Positions 55,831-64,000 of a stretch of 64,000 nt of DNA are shown piece after piece (position 1 is the first letter of the stretch; each line of letters opens with the position of its first letter). The DNA is from the human T2T-CHM13v2.0 reference genome, Homo sapiens. Both the position numbers and the translations under genes were made by a program. The stretch is taken from NCBI RefSeq assembly GCF_009914755.1, contig NC_060936.1; one strand, given 5' to 3'. The notes under the pieces were generated by a model that saw only the letters and a program-made list of their open reading frames with translations, did no database searches and was not told where the DNA came from.

Positions 55831-57249
55831 AATTACTTGTCTAGAACTGATCCCCCCCACCACACACATACACACAAATTCCACTTAATGACTTGCAATC
55901 TTCACTCTTCTAGTGTACCTGCCTTCCTACCTTCATGTATCCTTTCCAAACACAGTCCTAGTCAACATTAGCAATATTGCAACACATATGTTATTTAAAA
56001 CCCACAGTGGCGGAGTTGTAGCTTATCAAAAGCCTCATAAATATGAACAGGCACACACTTAAGACATCACTGCAAGATTAGAAAAAATTTAGAGATATTC
56101 AATGAAGTTAAGTAAATAATGTAGTAGTAAAATAAACCTAGTATGCATCATTGATTGGTTGTTGCTTCTTTGTTTCTGATTACAAAAGGGTATACTTTAA
56201 TTCATATTATACTGCAGATCTTTCTGAACTCCAGAATATGATCTATTCATACTTGACACGTTGATGATGTAGTCTGTTTTCTCAATTTGTAAGTGTTGAA
56301 CAGTCCCATTTCATTTTACATAATTCTATAGAAACTACTTCTACAAAGAAAAAATGTAGGCTTTGAAGTCAGATTACAGTTATTTTTTTTTCCATCTGGC
56401 AGGTTTGAATCATCACTGTCTCTAAAAGGATTAATTTCTTTTGTTCCAATTTAAAGCAACAATTGCCAGCATCTTGAAAAGTATCAATTATGTGGGAAAA
56501 CAGCCATGAGCAGAACCATAAGAAAACAGTTAACCTTCGTCTTTAGAGTAACTGTGATGCCACTAATAATTCCATTTTCTATGTTCCCAAATATCTAATG
56601 ACCCTCCTTTTTAAAAATCTAATACTCTATCCAAGAAAAGGTAATCACATTTAGTTTATATGTATAAGAAATGATAATGAAAAAACATTCATATTCACTG
56701 AAATTTTATTCGATTTACAGTTATTAGTGAAGCTACCAGTTGTCTAAAATTCTTAAAGGTAATGTACTTGGGCATTTTAAAGCATGCTATATTATTATTA
56801 AAAACAAATTATAAATATGAAAGTGATGACAATTGCAATTTCTGTTAAAGTAATTATAGCATGTAACTAATTCATCTAATTCTCACTGACTTCTCTTATG
56901 TACCTGATCAATTCCAAGATTTGGATATGAAGCACTGAGGACAGTCTTGGGAATTACTGAGCTCTACACAAATTTTGCCATTTTTATTATACTATCGTTT
57001 TCTTTAGTTGCATAAGTAATTGTATAAATTACTTTAGTTAGCATAAGTAATTTGAATGAAATTTCAATAAAATGTCAATAAAATAGCTATTTTGTTTTGT
57101 TGGCTTAGGGCTAAAGATAAGAAAGATTTGATGTTGCAATTGCTTTTGGATATTTTATTAGTACAGTAGCAATTGTTCATAAATACAGAGTGAAAATAAT
57201 AATGCAATTTTGATACAGATGTGAGAAGACTCTAGACCAATATTTTGTA

Positions 57250-57435
57250 TCTAATATGTCTCAGCTTCCTTTAAGTACTTTACCACATTTCATTTCACAA
57301 CAACATTATCAAGAAAATATTATTTCCATATTTAGATAAAGGAAATGGAGCAGAAAGTGATTCAGTAACTTGCCCAGGTCACATGGTTATAAGTGATAGA
57401 TCAATATAGCTAACTCTAAGATCCTTTCTATTAAA
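57250..57435 (-). mobile_element. MIR SINE
   Basis: CAGTAACTTGCCCAGGTCACATGG core. Confidence 0.75.
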
Positions 57436-57894
57436 CAATAATATTGGTTTGGTGAATAATATGCTCATATAATTTCAAACTTTCAAAGCAGAGTTTACAC
57501 AAAAACTTGAAGCTTAACTTTAGTTGTATGAAACCCCAGGGTTTCATAGAAGGTAACTTGAAAACCATAATAGATAGCATCTTATAAAAAGATGCTTATT
57601 GTGTGGGCACAGTAAAACTTTCCTTTAGCACTTTCAGTCCTAGCAAATAAGGCTTCTCTGTGACTATGCTAATTTTATTTTCCTTAGCTATATGTGAAGT
57701 CAGCGGAGAACCTTATTTCAAGGGTGCATCCAACATGTGTTATAGGCCAGCCATAGACTTTAGAAAGAGAGTATTAATGAGCTCATAATATATCTGAACC
57801 TATTTATTAGTAATGTTTTTCATGATAATATTTTATTCATATCATGAAATTCAATTATATAAATATTTATTAATAGAAAGTATACCCCCCATGG

Positions 57895-58135
57895 ATATTA
57901 AGAACATGGAATTTAAGGTCCCACAAACCTGGATTGCAATCTCAGTTTTCCTTTTGCTGGCTCTAGATCTAGGACAAGTAATTTTAATTCACTCATCTAC
58001 AGTTTCCTTATAGGAAAACTCAGGCCAATAATAATGTCTATCTCAGGGCTGTTGTACATTAATCATGTATTAAATTAGATAGTATATGTAAAACACTTAA
58101 TGGGATATCTGAGTATAGGAAGCCCTTCAGAAGTG
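57895..58135 (+). mobile_element. MIR SINE
   Basis: TTAAGAACATGG...ACCTGGATTGCAATCTCAG...CAGTTTCCT...GTAAAACACTTA. Confidence 0.75.
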
Positions 58136-60439
58136 ATTTTATTATTTTTGCATATATAATAGCATTATTAGTGATAGATACTAGACATGGTCCTTAATAT
58201 TAAATAGACACGGCCCCTACATAGACATGTAGGTTATGGACTGAAAAGAGAGGCAGTTAAACAAGCATTGGCCATGCAGTTTACTAATTACCAAGCCAGA
58301 AAAGAATTAAAATTGTCAGAGTTCCAAAAGCTTTCACTGAGTTCAAAAGTAATTTCAAGTTGAGAACTGGTCCCATTGAAGGTATATATGTCATGAGGGC
58401 CCCAGTCTAAACTCACATTTTCAAATTGTCCTTCCCACCATGGAAACACTTCAACACTCATGGGTTAGAATCAGATACCCAAAGGAGTATTGCCATTTGG
58501 ATAGGCGCTCTGTTTGCCTACATTTCTTTTCCCTAATTGTTTTGCATTGAAAGTGTTTGGTGCACCTTTTAAGATGCCAAAAGACCACAGGCCTCATCTC
58601 CTAACAACCAGATGTGACTGTGAATAAAAAGTTTAGAGAGGCTTCTCATTCAAGGTTTTCTTCTAGGGAGGACCAAAATCTTGAAATTGACTAAAAATAC
58701 AATTTCTATTTTAGCTTAGAGAGGACATGATGGCATTCATTACTTTCAGGATTTCCTGTCTCTGGCAGGCCAACTTGTGACCATGTATGAAGATCACTTA
58801 TATCAGGTTTGGGAATTAAAGTATTAGATTCGGTCATCAAAGGAATGCTTGGTTAAGACTAGCCAATGGATCAAGTGACTCCTGTATGGCTGAAATTGCC
58901 AAGGCCAAAGAGTGGCTAGTATGTAAGAAGTGGTTCCCATAATATGTTGTCATTGGAATGCTCTATGAGGGGAAAAAGCAGAAGCAGCAGTGACTGTAAA
59001 TGAGGTCTAGACAACAGGTGCTTTTCTTGAGAAACTGGTCATGTTACTAAGAATGATGATGATGATATATATTTGGCTTTTCTTATCTTTTGGCAGTCAG
59101 TAGGGATAAGTATTTGGTGCCATCTTCTGAGAGCCCCTGAAATGACATCTGTCCCATCTGTTTTATTTATTTGTGTGTGTGAATTTTTTCTTTTGTTTTG
59201 GGTTTTGTTATCTGAAATATACTATGTAGGATCGTTAGATATTTGTGAGAAGATATTCTCGGAAAGCTTCAGAGCTTTGCGTAGTAAGTCTGATTGCAAT
59301 GGGGGAAAAGGGGAGGATCCTGCAACACAGTTCCTGCTTTCTCCACTATCAGCCATGCTGATGCTTTTGGCAAAATGCATTATGATCACACTTAATTCCT
59401 TTGAAACACAGTTTGTTAATGGGTAATTAAGATGTCTTGCATTGATTATTGACTTTGGTTGATATATAGCTCCTGATATTTCTTGCTTTGTAAATTTTTT
59501 CCAGCCACTAGCAGAGTTCTAAAGAAAGAAGTAGGTCTGTATCCTTACAAATATACCCCTAAGCTCTCTGCCCATTAACATTTCAGTTTATAAGTGTTTT
59601 CAATGTGAAACTATTCACAGTTACCTTGTTGGCCATTTTTCAGCAAAAGGGCCACTCCTGCTGCTGACAGGCATGACAGCCAGCCAGGAGAAACTGGGCA
59701 TAGAGGAGAAGCAAATCTCCCCTCAAAATTATGTGAGGGGAAATTATATGACTAAATATAGCAACTGTTTAAATTCATCCATAATTCAAGATTTTATCAA
59801 GTCCCTCCTCCTCTGTGATGCTTCGTTAAGTACTCCAAGCCATGTTGACCACCTTGTCCTCTGGACTTTCATGGCTCTTAGTTTATTCGGGTATTTAAAA
59901 TGAAAAGTAAGACACATTAGTCATTGAGCACATGGAAACTATTTTCCTAGAGGGTGAAAACATGCATGTTTTATGTGATTATTGTATTTTTTTGTAGTCA
60001 GCTTCATTACCATTATTAGGAGATTATTGCCTGGATCAGTCCTGACCAAAGCTGTTTAACCATCATGTGGTAATAACAGTACTGCAGGAACTTGATGCCC
60101 TTAAGGACCTCTATGTCAAATATCTAGAATTTACTTTTTCTTAATTTAATAGATCATTTGAACTCAGAAGTTAGTGAACGGTTAATTTGGGAATGGAGGA
60201 CAAAAGCTAGATCATACTTATACCCTTTTTTGTTCCCATACGTCAACCTTCATTTCCTGGGAGGTGTCAAGAAAAGGCTTTGGGAGCAGAAGGTGAATAG
60301 TAGATTTGAGAGCTCAATTCTCATTAGAGAGGTAATGAAATAATTTCAGTGCAAAAGTTCATCAAAGGCAGAAGAGTATGTGGGAAGTAGATTCTGAGAT
60401 AGGAAATGCATGTGGATAAAAAGTATGAGTAATGGCCCC

Positions 60440-61265
60440 CTTCAGTCATTCGGCATTCAACTACAAATGCTTTCTAAGTGTCTGGCACTGGTTTTAGGAA
60501 GCACTTGGAGATATAGTAATAAATATGTTAGCCAGGATCACTGCCCTCAAGGAACTTATACTCTAGTGAAATAAAAAAAAGAAAATAACCAATATGCCTA
60601 TAAATAGTGATTACTGTGGTGAGGGGAAACATGAAGATAAAAAGGGAATAATGAGTAGTGACTTGGGAGTAGAAGGTCCATTTGTATAGCATGGTCAGAG
60701 AAAGGCTGTCTGAAATGGTCACCTCTTAGTTGAAACCTAAAGAATAACAACCATCCTGGAATATCTGAAGGAAGAGGGCTCCAAGCAGAGGATTCAGCAT
60801 GTGCAAAAGTCCTAAGGCAAGAGTGACTCTGGTTTGTTCTAGGAGCAGATAGAAGTGTATGGCTGGAATTTAGTAAAAAGAAGAAGAGAGGATTGGATGA
60901 AATAGGCATGACCACAGCATGTAGAATCGTATAAGCCATGACAAGTGGTCGGACTTAATTCTAATTACAATAATAAGCCACTGAGATGTTTTCAGCAGAT
61001 AAATACTATGATCCCAGATATATTCAAGAAATTTACTCTGGCTATTGGGTAGCATATTGACTATAGGGAGAAAAGATAAGAGTTAAGAGAGTGAAGAGAA
61101 TAATGGAAGTGATTTAGACTATAATAGTGGCTGTGAGAACGATATGAAGTAGTTAGATTTGGACCACTTTTTGGAGACAGAATAGATAGGTTATGATAAT
61201 GTAGAGAGTGAGGGAAAGAACAGAATCACAGATGATTTCCAGGATCCTGGAATCAGCAGTATGTT
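60440..61265 (-). mobile_element. L2
   Basis: CTGCCCTCAAGGAACTTATACTCTAGTG...CAGCATGTGCAAAAGTCCTAAGGCA...AAGCCACTGAGATGTTTT. Confidence 0.82.
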
Positions 61266-62029
61266 GGATACGTAAGGTGCTCCAAATGCCTTCTCAGCCA
61301 CCTCCCTTTGCTTATTCCTGCTTTTTGCTAGCCTTGTTTTCCTGCCTAATGTCCTTCTGGACAAGTGCCCCCATGTCTTTTCTCCACACCGTGTCTAGCA
61401 TAGCTTGAAGTACACAGCAGGGGATCAATTAAAACTCCATGAACTGATTTTCTCTACTACCTAGAAAAGAAAATATGATTCAAGAACAATTTTCTTCTAT
61501 AGGAAAAACATTTTGGTAAAATTTATAGAAACTTTAGCTTTGCTCTAACCATGTTTATGGTTCCAAGATTACTTGGAACATGATTGTTCCATTTAGTGGC
61601 CTTCCATCAAATTTAAAATATGAGTTGTTCACTTTCATTACATGTTTAACTTGCACGAAGATACCTCTTTTTGTTATTATGTGACAACTTCTGTTGTGGC
61701 TGTTATGAAATACAAAACAATATTTTAAGAGCTCTATAAATGGTTAGTACTTTCTATGAGAAAAAAGTCTCTATGATTACTGTGTATCGTATTTTCCTAC
61801 ACTAATACTTTAAATCTTAGTGACTTCACCATTTAGATAAAGAGCCCTCTGGTTTTTGTTTGTTTGTTTTGTTTTGTTTTTGAATTCCAATTATTTATGT
61901 AAGGCCATACACTCTGTGGATTGTCAAAAGCAGTAGGCAAACCTACTTTCAGTCTTCCCTGACCTCAGAATAATCTTTGGTTGTCTGCATACTTCCTTAT
62001 GGATGAGCATTGGCAAATGCAAATCATAG

Positions 62030-62265
62030 CTATTAATATTAAATTATAGGTATTAAGTTCTTACTTGCTCCCTGGTACCATGATAAACACGTGTATGTTT
62101 TATTTCACTTAATCAATGGAAATACCCTATGAAGTAAGTAACATAATTATCCCCGTTTTACTGATAAAGACTGAGGCTTAGAAAGGTTAAACATTGTGCC
62201 AATATCATCTAGCTGTTCAACTAGAACTGAAATGAATAAAAGTCTACAACTCACATTCTTAACTG
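62030..62265 (-). mobile_element. MIR SINE
   Basis: CCCTATGAAGTAAGTA...TTATCCCCGTTTTACTGATAAAGACTGAGGCTTAGAAAGGTTAA. Confidence 0.82.
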
Positions 62266-63774
62266 TTTAGATTTTCAGCATTTTGAAATTTGATGTGCTT
62301 TCACTTGCATCTCTTCTTTGTTTCCCCATCAATATCAATTCCATTTGTTTCATTATCATCCTATGTTTCCTTTCTTTTATTTTTGTTTCTGAATCTAGAT
62401 TTGGTGCTTTTCTCCACAGGTACTTTGAGCTTAGCACAGACGGCATCCTCTATGTTTCATGGCACTTTCCCCTCATTGCTGTCACTGTCCTCTCTCCCAG
62501 ATTCACAATACTGAGCTCTGATAATATTTCCAACATTTCTTACTTGCCTTTCAGTGTCTGTGAATGGAATACTGCTATGTGAGTCTGAGGTTTGTACTGG
62601 AGGTTTTATGGGTTTCTTGTTATTGCTAGATGAATACTGTAGGTTATTACTATTACTGTAGGTTAATGTTTCTTTATCCTGTTCTTTCAATATCTTCCTA
62701 GTATGATGGAGAGAGAGGTTGAAAAATCAATAGAATTAGAATTGAAAAGAGACCATGACAAGATGAAAATTGGATAGAAACAAATTGAATGATTTTTTTT
62801 CCAAGTTGAAGTTCAAGATTAGAGTAAAGAGGTGTCTCCAGCTTCTCTCAGAAAATAAAAGGTGGGGAATGTCTCACATGTATCTATCACATGCCCTTTT
62901 CTCACTTTGGTTGCCTACTATGGAATCCTCCACTTCATTCTGAACAAATTCTCCTCTCAAAATGTTTCCTTATGTGTTCACAGCAGGGACCAAGCTGTTT
63001 GTAGTAGTATTTCCTACTGCCTCCCTTGATGAAGACCGCACCTCTTTATATGAAAGTGGGGAGAGGAGGTATCTATATTTTATCCCCTCACTTATTAAAT
63101 AAAGCCCACTACACTATTCCCTACTATATTTTTTAAATTAAACCTGGATTCCTGATTTAAAATTTCAATTCCTCCTATAATGCCTCCAAAACACCCAGAT
63201 CTTCTGATCTTTTGATTCTCACTGATTATGCCTTTGTTCCTTCACTACAGACTCATAAAGTCCTGTCCTGCTATCAGTTTTCAAGTCATCCCTATGGAAG
63301 TTCAAAATTTTTTCTAGAGGTCATCCTAATCATTTCACCTTTCTATCTGTATTTTCATTATTCATTTTATGAAGACAATTTTCTTCTAAAGCTAGATCCT
63401 CTAATTGTACCCTTCATTTTATATTTACCTAATTCCTGAGCAATCTTGCTCCCATAAGAATGTTGTCGTTTTCCAAACCTATTTTATTTCCCCTCAAAGG
63501 GAAGGAAGGACAGAGGTGTCTTGGTCTAGAATTGTACCTGCAGAGATGGTGAGAAATAGCCAGATTTAGGTCATTATGCCAATCATTGTTGAGAAGTTCT
63601 TACAGAATTTGCGTTCTATTTCTTAAAAGAAATAATGGCTAAAAGGTTGCATTAGAATATAATATGAAACTTTACTCGAAATAATATAATGTCATTAGTG
63701 AAGAGGAAGTTAAGGAAGAGACCACAGTCTTCAAGTAATGGAAACATTTATTTAACATTTACTGCATATTTTTT

Positions 63775-64000
63775 CATGCAATAAGTATTTATTAATTGCT
63801 AGGTACTCTGCTAGATATTAAAGATTCTCTTGAGCATACAATAAACAATATCTCCTTAAGTTTACATACCAGCTTAGAAGAAGGATAATTAATCAGTTTA
63901 TTACAAGGAAGTGTGATGAGTGACCAGATTGGGAAATTACAGAGAAATATGCAAATTTATAGTAGGGCATTCCATCTAGTCAAGAAGGAAATAACATTTC
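63775..64000 (-). mobile_element. L2 3' fragment
   Basis: CAATAAGTATTTATT...GCTAGGTACTCTGCTAGAT. Confidence 0.6.

Noticed and set aside
60598-60607. Perfect MEF2 motif CTATAAATAG
   Set aside because: A single AT-rich 10-mer inside an L2; expected by chance without supporting data.

Overview
This is primate (very likely human) genomic DNA: AT-rich, CpG-poor and full of Alu, L1, L2, MIR, MaLR-LTR and DNA-transposon relics. It has no credible protein-coding region, and the ORFs in the track are repeat-derived or chance. The only convincing gene part is a 133-nt, ATG-free internal exon on the + strand (30352-30484), with a polypyrimidine/AG acceptor and a GT donor. From memory (not from a search) I recognise it as a 5'UTR exon of SYT1 (synaptotagmin-1); its length fits the c.-216..c.-84 exon I recall. 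The rest of the window would then be parts of two very long 5'UTR introns. I found no prokaryotic-type or clearly new biological system. Most notable observations: a 10-nt repeat in the exon that puts TAG stops in all three frames; a perfect 25-bp duplication and a GC/G-run island flanking the exon; an AmnSINE1-like relic (candidate neural enhancer); a CpG-retaining unique block; an internal L1 ORF2 fragment with target-site duplications (TSDs) but no tail; two twin-priming-type L1 inversions; and candidate cryptic exons or recursive splice sites. Repeat subfamilies and boundaries were called by eye and are approximate.
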